Source: Mycobacteriales bacterium (GTDB taxonomy: Bacteria; Actinomycetota; Actinomycetes; Mycobacteriales; SCTD01). From it: a stretch of DNA of 64,000 nt. A program made the position numbers and the translations under genes. The stretch spans positions 27,867 through 91,866 of the forward strand of contig JAUYQP010000052.1 of NCBI GenBank assembly GCA_030697205.1, read 5' to 3'. Below the pieces are notes generated by a model. The model worked only from the letters and a program-made list of their open reading frames with translations, was not told the origin of the DNA and ran no database searches. Each line of letters begins with the position of its first letter. Position 1 is the stretch's first letter. Shown piece after piece: positions 1 through 8,265 of the stretch.

Positions 1-699
1 GCAGCGCACGCCGCCGGCATAGGGCCCTCCGCAGTCGGGGCACACCGGCGCGTCTTGCTTGTCCGAAGGGCTGAGGCGTCCCCCGCATGACTTGCCGCAC
101 GTGCGCACGTGCCCCAGGGCGGGAGTGAACTCGCTGCCGCAGACGAGGCACGGCCGCGGCTGGAGCGCGGCTGCTCCGGGCAGCCTGACGCTGTAGAGCA
201 ACGCGCCACCCGGCTGCCGCTGCACGACGTAGCCCAGTCCCTCGATCCGCATCGCGATCTCAGGGTCCGCGGTCGTCAGGCGTGCGCCTGCACTGTGCCC
301 GTCGCCCAGCCAGGCACCGAGCAGGTACGGCGCGATCGGCAGCTCAGCCTCCGGTGCCACGAGCGGCGCGCAGACAGGGACGGCGTGGTTGGCCCGACCA
401 TCGGCAGTGGCGCAACGGACGCTGGCAGCCAGTTCGGCCGTCGTCTTGACGGTCGCGACAGGCTCGGCGGCGCGCCGCTCGGCCCGACTCGTCGTCACCC
501 ACTGGTGCTCGGCGTCGGCCACGATCGTGGTGCCGTCGGAGAAAGCCACTTCGTAGCAGGGGCGGTCGAGCATGACCTCGGTCGCGGCGACCACGCACGT
601 CGGGCGGCCGTCGGCGCCGAGGAGCTCGTCACCGACGGCGACCTCGCCCATGGTGGTCCAGCCGGTCGGGGTCGGCAGCGGGGTGTCGAGCGCCAGCGC
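1..699 (-). mobile_element. Intein (N-terminal splicing blocks plus LAGLIDADG-type endonuclease region; C-terminal end outside window) inserted after the Walker A lysine of DnaB
   Basis: After GRPGLGK (Lys codon 702..700) the frame continues ALALDTPLPTPTGWTTMGEVAVGDELL (block A-like). Further on come GTTIVADAEHQW (block B-like) and YLLGAWLGDGH (LAGLIDADG), then CLVCGSEF..CGKSCGG..CPDCGG. Confidence 0.75.
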
Positions 700-1404
700 C
701 TTCCCGAGACCGGGACGTCCGGCGATGACGATGAGCTGGCCGGGGTGCAGGCCGTTGGTGAGGGAGTCGAGGTCGGCGAAGCCGGTAGGGACACCGGTCA
801 TCGAGCCGCCGCGCGAGCCGATCGCCTCGAGCTCGTCCATCGTGCCCTGCATGAGCTCGGCGAGGACGGTGTAGTCCTCCGACGTGCGGCGCTCGGTGAC
901 GTCGTAGATCGCCTGCTGGGCGCGGTCGACGGTCTCGTCGACCTCGCCGCCGCCGTAGCCGAGCTGCACGATGCGGGTGCCGGCCTCGACGAGGCGGCGC
1001 AGGATCGCCTGCTCGGCGACGATGCGCGCGTAGTAGCCGGCGTTGGCCGCGGTCGGCACCGACGACATCAGGGTGTGGAGGTAGGGAGCACCACCGACGC
1101 GGCCGATCTCGCCGGCCTTGGTCAGCTCGGCGGAGACGGTGACGGGGTCGGCCGGCTCGCCGCGGCCGTAGAGGTCGACGATGACGTCGTAGACGGTCTG
1201 GTGGGCCGGGCGGTAGAAGTCGCCGGACCGGACGACCTCGACGACGTCGGCGATCGCGTCCTTGGAGAGCAGCATGCCGCCGAGGACGGACTGCTCGGCC
1301 TGCAGGTCCTGGGGCGGGGTGCGCTCGAAGCCACCGGACGGGCCGCCGTTGTACGACGAGTCCTCGGAGGGCTGGCGCGGGAAGGAGACGACCCCGTCCG
1401 TCAC
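1..1404 (-). CDS. dnaB: Replicative DNA helicase DnaB, 5' part (N-terminal domain to Walker A), interrupted by an intein and truncated by the window edge
   Basis: Own minus-strand translation from GTG 1404..1402, with a GGAGGGGGG run just upstream. It reads VTDGVVSF..ERTPPQDLQAEQSVLGGMLLSKDAIADV..GLHPGQLIVIAGRPGLGK. The frame stays open to position 1, so it is absent from the ORF track. It follows rplI as in other actinobacteria. Confidence 0.9.
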   Translation of the reverse strand, partial: MTDGVVSFPRQPSEDSSYNGGPSGGFERTPPQDLQAEQSVLGGMLLSKDAIADVVEVVRSGDFYRPAHQTVYDVIVDLYGRGEPADPVTVSAELTKAGEIGRVGGAPYLHTLMSSVPTAANAGYYARIVAEQAILRRLVEAGTRIVQLGYGGGEVDETVDRAQQAIYDVTERRTSEDYTVLAELMQGTMDELEAIGSRGGSMTGVPTGFADLDSLTNGLHPGQLIVIAGRPGLGKALALDTPLPTPTGWTTMGEVAVGDELLGADGRPTCVVAATEVMLDRPCYEVAFSDGTTIVADAEHQWVTTSRAERRAAEPVATVKTTAELAASVRCATADGRANHAVPVCAPLVAPEAELPIAPYLLGAWLGDGHSAGARLTTADPEIAMRIEGLGYVVQRQPGGALLYSVRLPGAAALQPRPCLVCGSEFTPALGHVRTCGKSCGGRLSPSDKQDAPVCPDCGGPYAGGVRC

Positions 1405-1521
1405 CCGTCCCCCCTCCACTCGGTCTCTCGCCCAGGCACCCGCGCGAGCTGTCCGGGAGATGTCCTACCGGTGTCCCCGGCGCGTCGCCAAACCCGCCTG
1501 GTGATCGTCGTGTGGGTGGGG

Positions 1522-1640
1522 TGTGGACGACGCGGCGCGCCGCTGTGGACGACCGTGCACAGGGCTGGGGACAGACTCTCGACGGCGGGTCGAGCCTTGC
1601 CTGTCACCTGCCCACACCTGTGTCCAGAGCCTGTGGACGA
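1522..1640. promoter_or_regulatory. Three identical DnaA-box-like 9-mers (TGTGGACGA; TCGTCCACA on the dnaB strand) in the dnaB upstream spacer
   Basis: Exact copies at 1522-1530, 1544-1552 and 1632-1640. Each has one mismatch to the actinobacterial consensus TTGTCCACA. The same 9-mer recurs at 63390-63398 upstream of dnaA. Confidence 0.45.
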
Positions 1641-1690
1641 AGAAAAGTCGCGGCCTCTTCCGCTCCGGCCTGCCGAGCACCGGAGACCGG

Positions 1691-2335
1691 TCATGCCGAC
1701 GGCGCCAGCCGGACCTGACCGGCCTCGAGCAGGTGCACGCACCGGCCGCACAGGTGGACGTCGCGGGTGACGAAGAAGGCCGACTCCTGGCCGCAGATCG
1801 CGCAGTCGGGACGGGTCCGCACGACCGGCTCCGGGCGCGGCCGGGCGACGCCCTTGAGGCCGCTGCGGACCTCGGCGATCCAGCGGGCCCGCTGCTCGTC
1901 GCTGACCGGCACCCGCCGGCCATCAGGGTCCAGCGGGTCAGTGACGGCAGGGGTGGCGCGCAGCGGCGGCACCGGGATGCCGGCCGCGCGGGCCAGCTCG
2001 TGGCGCTCCTCGCGGGCGCGGTCGGTGAGGCGGCGCGGGGAGTCCTCCTCGAGCAGAGCGAGCAGCAGGTCGCGCACGGAGGTCGCGGTGTCACCGGCGA
2101 TCCGCAGGCCGCTCACCCGCGCGGCGAGCTGCGGTGGGGTCCAGCCGAGGGAGAGCAGCTCCCCGACGATGACGTGGATGTCAGGGCGGTCGAGAGCGCG
2201 CGCGACCCGGGCCGGCAGCACCGCCAGGACCTCGTCGAGGACAGGTGCGAGGTCGGCCGCCGCCATCAGGGGCAGCGGCAGCGCCTGCCCGTCAGGTCCG
2301 GTGATTTCCATGCCGACGACGGTCCCACGCAGCAC
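1691..2335 (-). CDS. Hypothetical protein with C-terminal CxxC..CxxC zinc-ribbon
   Basis: Track ORF 1691..2371. The C-terminus reads RPDCAICGQESAFFVTRDVHLCGRCVHLL. I recognised no family. The start is uncertain: GTG 2335 follows GGAAG, with alternatives ATG 2311 and TTG 2371. Confidence 0.55.
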   Translation of the reverse strand: MLRGTVVGMEITGPDGQALPLPLMAAADLAPVLDEVLAVLPARVARALDRPDIHVIVGELLSLGWTPPQLAARVSGLRIAGDTATSVRDLLLALLEEDSPRRLTDRAREERHELARAAGIPVPPLRATPAVTDPLDPDGRRVPVSDEQRARWIAEVRSGLKGVARPRPEPVVRTRPDCAICGQESAFFVTRDVHLCGRCVHLLEAGQVRLAPSA

Positions 2336-2362
2336 CGACACTTCCGACCCGCCGCACCGAAC

Positions 2363-2371
2363 TGTGGACAA
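2363..2371 (-). promoter_or_regulatory. Perfect DnaA-box consensus TTGTCCACA (minus-strand reading)
   Basis: The plus strand reads tgtggacaa at 2363-2371, at the extreme 5' end of the 1691..2371 ORF. This is a single site and could be chance. Confidence 0.35.
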
Positions 2372-2441
2372 CCTGCTCAGCCGACGGGCCGGCCACCCCT
2401 GCGAGAGGGGTGACCGGCCCGGCGTACGGCTGCTGTGGAGG

Positions 2442-3992
2442 TCAGGAGCGCAGGGCGAAGTCCAGCACGGCCGTGCTGCCGCCCGTCACCGTCACGCTGC
2501 CGGTCTTGGAGCGGTAGCCGGGGGCCGAGGCCGTGCAGGAGTAGCTGCCCGCGGCCACGCTCGGCAGCGAGTACCGGCCGTCGCCGGCGGTGCTGGCCGT
2601 GCCGACTGCACCGCAGCTGACGGTCGCACCGGACAGACCCGACTTCGTCCGCGCGTCTGTGACCGCGCCGGCGATGGCACCGGTCCCGACCGGTGCCGGC
2701 GCGGGCGCGGAGCCGCCCATCGCGGCCGCGAGGTTGACGACGCCCTTGCCGTTGCAGCCACCGGAGCCCACCGAGGAGCCCACGACGGCACTGCGCAGCT
2801 GGCTCCCCGACAGCCCCTTCTTCCAGGCGATCATCGCGGCAATGCCGGAGACGTGAGGGGTGGCCATCGACGTACCGCTGATGACGCCGTAGGCGTTGCC
2901 CGGGAAGGTCGACCAGATGTCCTCGCCCGGGGCGTTGACCTCTACGTCGGTGTTGCAGGTGCTGAAGTCGGCGAGCTGACCCGCGGCGTTGGTGGCGCCG
3001 ACGGAGACGACGTCGCGGTGGTAGGCGGGCCAGTTCTTCGTGGCGTCGCCGTCGTTGCCCGCGGCGGCGATGAGCACCGTGCCGGCGGCAGCTGCCTCGG
3101 ACAGCTCCCGGTCGAGGGCGGCGTCCTGCGGACCGCCGATCGACATGCTGATGATCTTCGCGCCGCCCTTGGTGTGCAGCCAGTGGATGCCCGCGATGAT
3201 GTCGGCGTAGAAGCCGCTGCCCGCGGCGTCGAGTCCCTTGAAGACGGCGAGCTCGGCGTTGGGGGCCACTCCGCCGACGCCCACGCCGTTGCCCGTAGCC
3301 GCGGCGACCGTGCCCGCGACGTGGGTGCCGTGCAGGTTGTCGTCGGAGCAGGTGCCCTCGATGACCACGCCGATGGCGGCGGTGGCGTTCGCGCACGCCT
3401 TGGTCTTGCCGAGCAGGTCGACGTGGCCGAGGTCGATGCCGGTGTCGAGGATGCCGACCCGGGCGCCTCCGCTGGTCGGGAAGGACCCGGCGCCGAAGGC
3501 CAGGTCCCAGCCCTCCGGAGCGTCGATGTCGTTGTCGGCGATGCCGCGGACGAAGGAGCCCGTGACGCTCTGCCCGGTGTTGTGCAGGCCCCACTGGTCC
3601 TTGAACAGCGTGTCGTCGGGGACGCTGGTCAAGGACAGCTCCCAGTTGGGGTGGGCGTAGGCGACGTTGGGGTTGCGCTCGTAGCGCAGGGCCACGGCGG
3701 CGGGGTCGGCGCCCTCGGGCACCTCGACGACGTCGAGCTGCAACCAGTCGAGCCGGTTGACCACCTCACCGCGCTCGGTCGCGTGGGCGCGACCGCGCTC
3801 GCCTGCGGCGAGACCGGGCTGGAAGGCCACGAGCACGTGGTCGGGGTCGTAGCCCTGCTCCGCAGGACCAGCAGTCGCAGGGCCAGCCGCCAGCGGTACG
3901 GCGGATGCGGGGCCGGCCGACAGCGGTACGGCGAGGGCAGCGGCCGCGAGGGCGGCCGCGAAGGTGCCGGTGAGAGCAGGACGTGCGCGCAC
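2442..3992 (-). CDS. Secreted S8 (subtilisin-family) serine peptidase with C-terminal carboxypeptidase-regulatory-like beta-sandwich
   Basis: 516-aa ORF with a signal-like N-terminus. The triad motifs are ILDTGID, HGTHVAGT and GTSMATPHVSG. The C-terminus reads GAVTDARTKSGLSGATV..GDGRYSL..GSYSCTASAPGY. Confidence 0.9.
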   Translation of the reverse strand: MRARPALTGTFAAALAAAALAVPLSAGPASAVPLAAGPATAGPAEQGYDPDHVLVAFQPGLAAGERGRAHATERGEVVNRLDWLQLDVVEVPEGADPAAVALRYERNPNVAYAHPNWELSLTSVPDDTLFKDQWGLHNTGQSVTGSFVRGIADNDIDAPEGWDLAFGAGSFPTSGGARVGILDTGIDLGHVDLLGKTKACANATAAIGVVIEGTCSDDNLHGTHVAGTVAAATGNGVGVGGVAPNAELAVFKGLDAAGSGFYADIIAGIHWLHTKGGAKIISMSIGGPQDAALDRELSEAAAAGTVLIAAAGNDGDATKNWPAYHRDVVSVGATNAAGQLADFSTCNTDVEVNAPGEDIWSTFPGNAYGVISGTSMATPHVSGIAAMIAWKKGLSGSQLRSAVVGSSVGSGGCNGKGVVNLAAAMGGSAPAPAPVGTGAIAGAVTDARTKSGLSGATVSCGAVGTASTAGDGRYSLPSVAAGSYSCTASAPGYRSKTGSVTVTGGSTAVLDFALRS

Positions 3993-4145
3993 GGGGGACT
4001 CCGGTGGTCGAGGGGGGACCGCGTCATCGCGGTCGACAGCTCGCGGGGGCAGACGGGTGCGTCGTACTTCGTGTCCGTTGTGCCCGTTTCCTCCTGGGGT
4101 GTCACCTCTGTGGCGGCGTGGACACCCTGAGAGGGGAACGACGAC

Positions 4146-4173
4146 GGGCCGGGTCCCCGAGGGGACCCGGCCC
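4146..4173 (-). terminator. Perfect GC hairpin downstream of rplI
   Basis: gggccgggtcccc-ga-ggggacccggccc forms a 13-bp perfect stem. It sits 34 nt after the rplI stop, between rplI and the next minus-strand gene. There is no U tract, which is common in high-GC actinobacteria. Confidence 0.6.
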
Positions 4174-4206
4174 GGCCGGCGTGCTGGTGGAGCGGGTGCT
4201 GGTGCG

Positions 4207-4656
4207 TCAGGCGGAGGCGGTGACCTGGAGGGTGAGGCTGGCCTCGACCTCCGGGTGGACCTTCACCGTGACCGTGTGGGCGCCCGTGGACTTGATGGGG
4301 GTGGGCACCTGCACGAGGCGCTTGTCGAGCTTGGGACCACCGGCGGCGGTGACGGCCGCGACGATGTCGGCGGTCGTGACCGAGCCGAACAGCCGGCCCT
4401 CGCTGCCGGCGCGAGCCGGGAGCGTGACCGACAGGCCCTTGAGCGAGGACGCGATCTCCTGCGCCGCACCGAGGTCGCGGACCTCGCGGACCTCGCGCGC
4501 CCGACGGATCGTGGCGATCTGCTTGTCGGCGCCCTTGGTCCAGCGCTGCGCGATGCCGCGCGGGACGAGGTAGTTGCGGCCGTAGCCGTCCTTGACCTCG
4601 ACGACGTCGCCCGGTGCACCGAGGCCCGGGACCTCCTGGTTGAGGATCAGCTTCAT
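4207..4656 (-). CDS. rplI: 50S ribosomal protein L9
   Basis: MKLILNQEVPGLGAPGDVVEVKDGYGRNYLVPRGIA. It lies in the rpsF-ssb-rpsR-rplI operon context. Confidence 0.97.
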   Translation of the reverse strand: MKLILNQEVPGLGAPGDVVEVKDGYGRNYLVPRGIAQRWTKGADKQIATIRRAREVREVRDLGAAQEIASSLKGLSVTLPARAGSEGRLFGSVTTADIVAAVTAAGGPKLDKRLVQVPTPIKSTGAHTVTVKVHPEVEASLTLQVTASA

Positions 4657-4658
4657 GA

Positions 4659-4895
4659 TCAGCGCGCCGTGGAGGTGTAGGGCAGCAGCGCCATCTCGCG
4701 GCTGTTCTTCACGGCCACGGCGACGTCGCGCTGGTGCTGCGAGCAGTTGCCGGAGACGCGACGTGCGCGGATCTTGCCGCGGTCGGAGATGTACTTGCGG
4801 AGAAGGCCCGTGTCCTTGTAGTCCACGTAGGTCACCTTGTCCTTGCAGAACTGGCAGACCTTCTTCTTCGGCTTGCGGGGCGGTGGCTTCGCCAT
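4659..4895 (-). CDS. rpsR: 30S ribosomal protein S18
   Basis: [51 protein letters not shown].. Confidence 0.97.
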   Translation of the reverse strand: MAKPPPRKPKKKVCQFCKDKVTYVDYKDTGLLRKYISDRGKIRARRVSGNCSQHQRDVAVAVKNSREMALLPYTSTAR

Positions 4896-4931
4896 GTCAG
4901 TGCGTTCCTTTGCTGAAGCGTGAGCGGGGAG

Positions 4932-5468
4932 TTAGAAGGGGGGCTCGTCGGACCAGCCGCCGTTGGAAGAGCCGCCCTGAGCAGCGCCCGCCGGGGCCGC
5001 TGGAGATCCAGAGGCCCAGGGGTCGTCGCTCGGGGCACCGCCACCGAAACCGCCGCCGCCACCCGAGCCGCCGCCGTAGCCACCGCCCCCGTTGCCGCCC
5101 TGCCGCGTGGTCTTGTTGACCTTGGCAGTGGCGGACTTGAGGGAGGGGCCCACCTCGTCGACGTCGAGCTCGACGACCGTGCGCTTCTCGCCTTCCTTCG
5201 TCTCGTAGGACCGCTGCTTGAGCCGGCCCTGCACGATGACGCGCATGCCGCGCTGGAGGGACTCGGCCACGTTCTCAGCGGCCTGCCGCCAGATCGAGCA
5301 GCGCAGGAAGAGGGTGTCGCCGTCCTTCCACTCGTTGGTCTGCTTGTCCAGCATCCGCGGGGTGGAGGCGACGGTGAAGCTCGCGACCGCTGCACCACTG
5401 GGGGTGAAGCGGAGCTCGGGGTCGTTGGTCAGGTTGCCGACGACGGTGATGACGGTCTCGCCAGCCAT
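4932..5468 (-). CDS. ssb: Single-stranded DNA-binding protein
   Basis: The OB-fold N-terminus reads [36 protein letters not shown]. It is followed by a Gly-rich linker and the acidic tip DEPPF. Confidence 0.97.
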   Translation of the reverse strand: MAGETVITVVGNLTNDPELRFTPSGAAVASFTVASTPRMLDKQTNEWKDGDTLFLRCSIWRQAAENVAESLQRGMRVIVQGRLKQRSYETKEGEKRTVVELDVDEVGPSLKSATAKVNKTTRQGGNGGGGYGGGSGGGGGFGGGAPSDDPWASGSPAAPAGAAQGGSSNGGWSDEPPF

Positions 5469-5600
5469 GGCGATCTCCTCGGGGTCCCTTCCCGCTCTGC
5501 AGCGGGAGTCAGTTGGTCAGGTGCGTGCCGCTCGTTGAGGCACTGGTGGAGCGTGGGGAAGGGTGCCTAGAAATGGTGGCAGTGAGGTCCGACAGGACGT

Positions 5601-5891
5601 CTAGCGCAGCTCGGGCCGGATGACCTTCGTGCGCAGGATGGCCTCGTTGAGGTTGAGCTGGCGGTCCAGCTCCTTCATGACGGCCGGCTCGGCGTTGAGG
5701 TCGACGACCGCGTAGATGCCCTCGGCCTTTTTGTCGATCTCGAACGAGAGGCGCCGGCGCCCCCAGATGTCGACCTTCTCCACGGTCCCGCCGCCGTTGC
5801 GAACGACGTTGAGGAACGTCTCGAGGGACGGCGCGATGGTCCGCTCCTCAAGATCGGGGTCGAGGATGACCATGAGCTCGTAGTGACGCAA
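5601..5891 (-). CDS. rpsF: 30S ribosomal protein S6
   Basis: Track ORF 5601..5924. AGGAGGAGG lies upstream of TTG 5891, giving [18 protein letters not shown].., the canonical S6 N-terminus. Confidence 0.93.
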   Translation of the reverse strand: MRHYELMVILDPDLEERTIAPSLETFLNVVRNGGGTVEKVDIWGRRRLSFEIDKKAEGIYAVVDLNAEPAVMKELDRQLNLNEAILRTKVIRPELR

Positions 5892-6043
5892 GTGACCCAC
5901 CTCCTCCTGTGGACTAACGGCCACGGACGTTCCGTGGCAGGAGGGTTGTTCGCGTCAGCAAACGTGGGAAGGCTAGCAGGGCACAGGCGTACGCCGGGAT
6001 CGCCCGTCCACAGGCCTTGCCCTCGTACCCCTGCCGTTCGGTA

Positions 6044-6874
6044 TCAGGCGGGGTCGCCAGCTCCGTCGAGGGTGACGAGCGGGCGCTGCTGTCGGCGACC
6101 GGCGGGGTGGGCGAGCAGGAAGCGGGCGAGCAGGCTCGCGGTGCCCGCGGCGCCGACGGTGGCGACGGCGATCGGCAGGCCGTACTCGCGCGGGGTCGGC
6201 GGCTCGGGCAGGGTGCCGCCGGGCAGCGCGACGGTGCCGCTGCCGTCGGGGTCACCGTCGGGGTCCTCGGTCTGCGTCGGGTCGGGCGCGGTCACGGGAG
6301 GCGGACCGGTCGGGCTCGGCGTGGGGGTGGGCACCTCGCCGCCGATGAGCGGCGGGGTGGTGGCGCTGCCGGTGCTCGTCTCGGTCGAGGACGGCGACGG
6401 GGTGGGGTCCTCGCTGCCGCTGCTGCTCGGCCGGGGCGAGGCCGTGCGGGTCTTCGACGGCGTCGGCTTGGCGGTCGCGGAGCTGCCGACGACGACCGAG
6501 CCCTCGTAGTCGTCGAGGGTGAGGTCGCCGGAGTCGTAGGTGTAGGTGCCGCTCTTGGCGAGCTTGGCGGTCGTGAACTCCTGGCCGGGGTTGAGCCGGA
6601 CGTCGAAGGACCAGTTGGCGCTCGTGCTGCGGACCCCGTGGGGGAAGGTCTCGTCCTCGTTGCGGAAGGTGACGACGTCGCCGACCTTCGCGCCCGCGAG
6701 CGTGACCGGGTCGGGGCCGTCGGCGGTGATGACGACGACCCGCTCGGCGGCCATGGCCGGCCCCGCGAGCAGCCCGAGTTGGGCGGTCACGAGGACGGCG
6801 ACGACCGCGAGCAGCCTGTGGAGGGTCTGAGCGCGCACGCCCCAGTGTCGCACCAGCGGGCGGGGAGGGCTCAC
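6044..6874 (-). CDS. Secreted, C-terminally membrane-anchored protein with a cupredoxin-like domain lacking the Cys/His/Met copper ligands, and a Pro/Thr/Ser-rich linker
   Basis: Track ORF 6044..6925. GTG 6874 forms a GTGA overlap with the upstream stop. The domain reads VVVITADGPDPVTLAGAKVGDVVTFRNEDETFPHGV..GTYTYDSGDL..YEGSVVV. The C-terminal hydrophobic segment is GLPIAVATVGAAGTASLLARFLL. Confidence 0.6.
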   Translation of the reverse strand: MSPPRPLVRHWGVRAQTLHRLLAVVAVLVTAQLGLLAGPAMAAERVVVITADGPDPVTLAGAKVGDVVTFRNEDETFPHGVRSTSANWSFDVRLNPGQEFTTAKLAKSGTYTYDSGDLTLDDYEGSVVVGSSATAKPTPSKTRTASPRPSSSGSEDPTPSPSSTETSTGSATTPPLIGGEVPTPTPSPTGPPPVTAPDPTQTEDPDGDPDGSGTVALPGGTLPEPPTPREYGLPIAVATVGAAGTASLLARFLLAHPAGRRQQRPLVTLDGAGDPA

Positions 6875-7686
6875 GCGTTGACGAAGACGCTGCCCGAGAC
6901 GCTCTCGCGCGGGGTGTCGCGGCACGACGACCCCGTCGTCACGCGCGCGACGACCTGCTTGCCCTCGGCCCCGCCGGTGTAGGTGCGCGTGAACGTCTTC
7001 GTCGTCGTGCTCGGCTGGGCCTCGCGGCCACCGCCACCGCAGGTCGTCGAGCCGGCACCGATCGACTCCGCGGAGCTCTCGTCGTCCCAGTCGAGGGTGC
7101 CCGACAGCAGGTAGCCGTCGTTATCGCGCACGGTCACTGTGACCTCGACGCGGTGCGTCTGGGAGTCGAGTACGCGGTAGCTGACGCTCACCGAGGCGCC
7201 CTTCGCGGCGTACGGCTTGGGGGTGGGGCTCTTGGTGGTCTGCACCGGCTTGGGGCTGGGCCGGGTCGTGGTCGGTCGGTCGGTCGGTCGGGTCGTCGTC
7301 TCGACCGGGGCGGCGGTGCGCGGGGGCTGGGTGACGACCGGCGCGGCGGGCGTCGGGGTCGTCGCGGTGGGCGTCGGGGTCGGCTCGACGGTGGGCTCGG
7401 CGGTCGGGCTCGGCTCCTCGGTCGGCGTCGGCTCCTCGCTCGGGGTGACGACCGGGACCGGCTCGGGGGTGCTCTGCGCGACGGTGTCGGGGCCGCCGCC
7501 ACCGGCGAGCGCGACCGCGGTGCCGATCAGCGCGATCCCGACCGCGAGCCCGGCGCCGGAGAGGACACCGGTGCGTACCAGCCGGGCCTTGGCGACCGAC
7601 GCGCGCACGACCGCGCCGTAGTCGGCGGCCGGGGCGGGGACAGCACCGACCTCGTGGAGCAGGCGGGAGAGCTCGGGCTGGGTCAC
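6871..7686 (-). CDS. Single-pass membrane protein co-translated with the ECF sigma factor (putative anti-sigma factor)
   Basis: A GTGA overlap links it to the sigma gene stop. The TM segment is GVLSGAGLAVGIALIGTAVALAGG, followed by a Pro/Thr-rich linker and a C-terminal globular domain. No HxxxCxxC zinc motif is visible. Confidence 0.6.
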   Translation of the reverse strand: MTQPELSRLLHEVGAVPAPAADYGAVVRASVAKARLVRTGVLSGAGLAVGIALIGTAVALAGGGGPDTVAQSTPEPVPVVTPSEEPTPTEEPSPTAEPTVEPTPTPTATTPTPAAPVVTQPPRTAAPVETTTRPTDRPTTTRPSPKPVQTTKSPTPKPYAAKGASVSVSYRVLDSQTHRVEVTVTVRDNDGYLLSGTLDWDDESSAESIGAGSTTCGGGGREAQPSTTTKTFTRTYTGGAEGKQVVARVTTGSSCRDTPRESVSGSVFVNA

Positions 7687-8201
7687 GAGGCCACCACGAC
7701 GTACGGCGCGAGGTCCTCGTCGCGCGACAGCAGGACGACCGCGGCCTGCTCCGCGCGCTCGACCTGCTCCGGCTCCTCGCCGAGGACGCGGGCCACGCGC
7801 TCGGTCGACAGGCCGTCGGCGTGGCGGAGCACGACGACGGCGCGCAGCTCGGCCGGGAGCGCGGACAGCTGGCGGCGCAGCGCTCCGCGGGCCGCCACCC
7901 GGGTCTGGTCACTGCTACCGAGGTCCTCGGGCAGCCGGCCGGTGGGGGCGGCCGCACCGGCGGTGGCGCGCGTGCCCGCGGCGACCAGGCCGCGCAGGAC
8001 CTCGTCCTCGACGGCGTCCGCCCCGCTGCCCTGCAGGGCACCCCAGCGCTTCCAGGCCGCCCCGAGCGACTGCGTCAGGGCCTTCTCCGCCGCGGCACGG
8101 TCACCCGTGAGGAGCTGGGCGGTCCGCAGTAGTCGGGGAGAGCGCGCCTGCACGAAGGCGTCGAAGGCGGCGGCGTCCCCGTCCTGGCTCATGACACCCA
8201 C
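7683..8201 (-). CDS. ECF-type sigma-70 family RNA polymerase sigma factor
   Basis: Region 2-like: FDAFVQARSPRLLRTAQLLTGDRAAAEKALTQSL..WKRW. Region 4-like HTH: LPAELRAVVVLRHADGLSTERVARVLG. Confidence 0.75.
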   Translation of the reverse strand: MGVMSQDGDAAAFDAFVQARSPRLLRTAQLLTGDRAAAEKALTQSLGAAWKRWGALQGSGADAVEDEVLRGLVAAGTRATAGAAAPTGRLPEDLGSSDQTRVAARGALRRQLSALPAELRAVVVLRHADGLSTERVARVLGEEPEQVERAEQAAVVLLSRDEDLAPYVVVAS

Positions 8202-8265
8202 TGTAGAGAGGGCCGGGCGCTCAGGTGGTGCTTTCGCGTCGTACCGGCAGTCGTAGTGTCAGCTC

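Noticed and set aside
109-1770. 553-aa plus-strand ORF covering the left edge
   Set aside because: It is the antisense frame of dnaB and its intein. The product is Arg/Gly/Ala/Asp-rich low complexity with no motif, while the minus strand gives a textbook DnaB N-terminus. Long stop-free antisense frames are expected at this GC content.
1767-4130. 787-aa plus-strand ORF
   Set aside because: It is antisense to the zinc-ribbon gene and the S8 protease, whose catalytic triad motifs are unambiguous on the minus strand. Its composition (R/A/G/S runs) is typical of GC-driven pseudo-ORFs.
6044-6200. Sortase LPXTG-type anchoring signal in the cupredoxin-like protein (ALPGGTLPEPP)
   Set aside because: The sequence is LPGGT followed by LPEPP, not LPXTG followed directly by a hydrophobic span and basic tail. 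The hydrophobic segment lies about 20 residues further on, so a plain C-terminal membrane anchor is the simpler reading.
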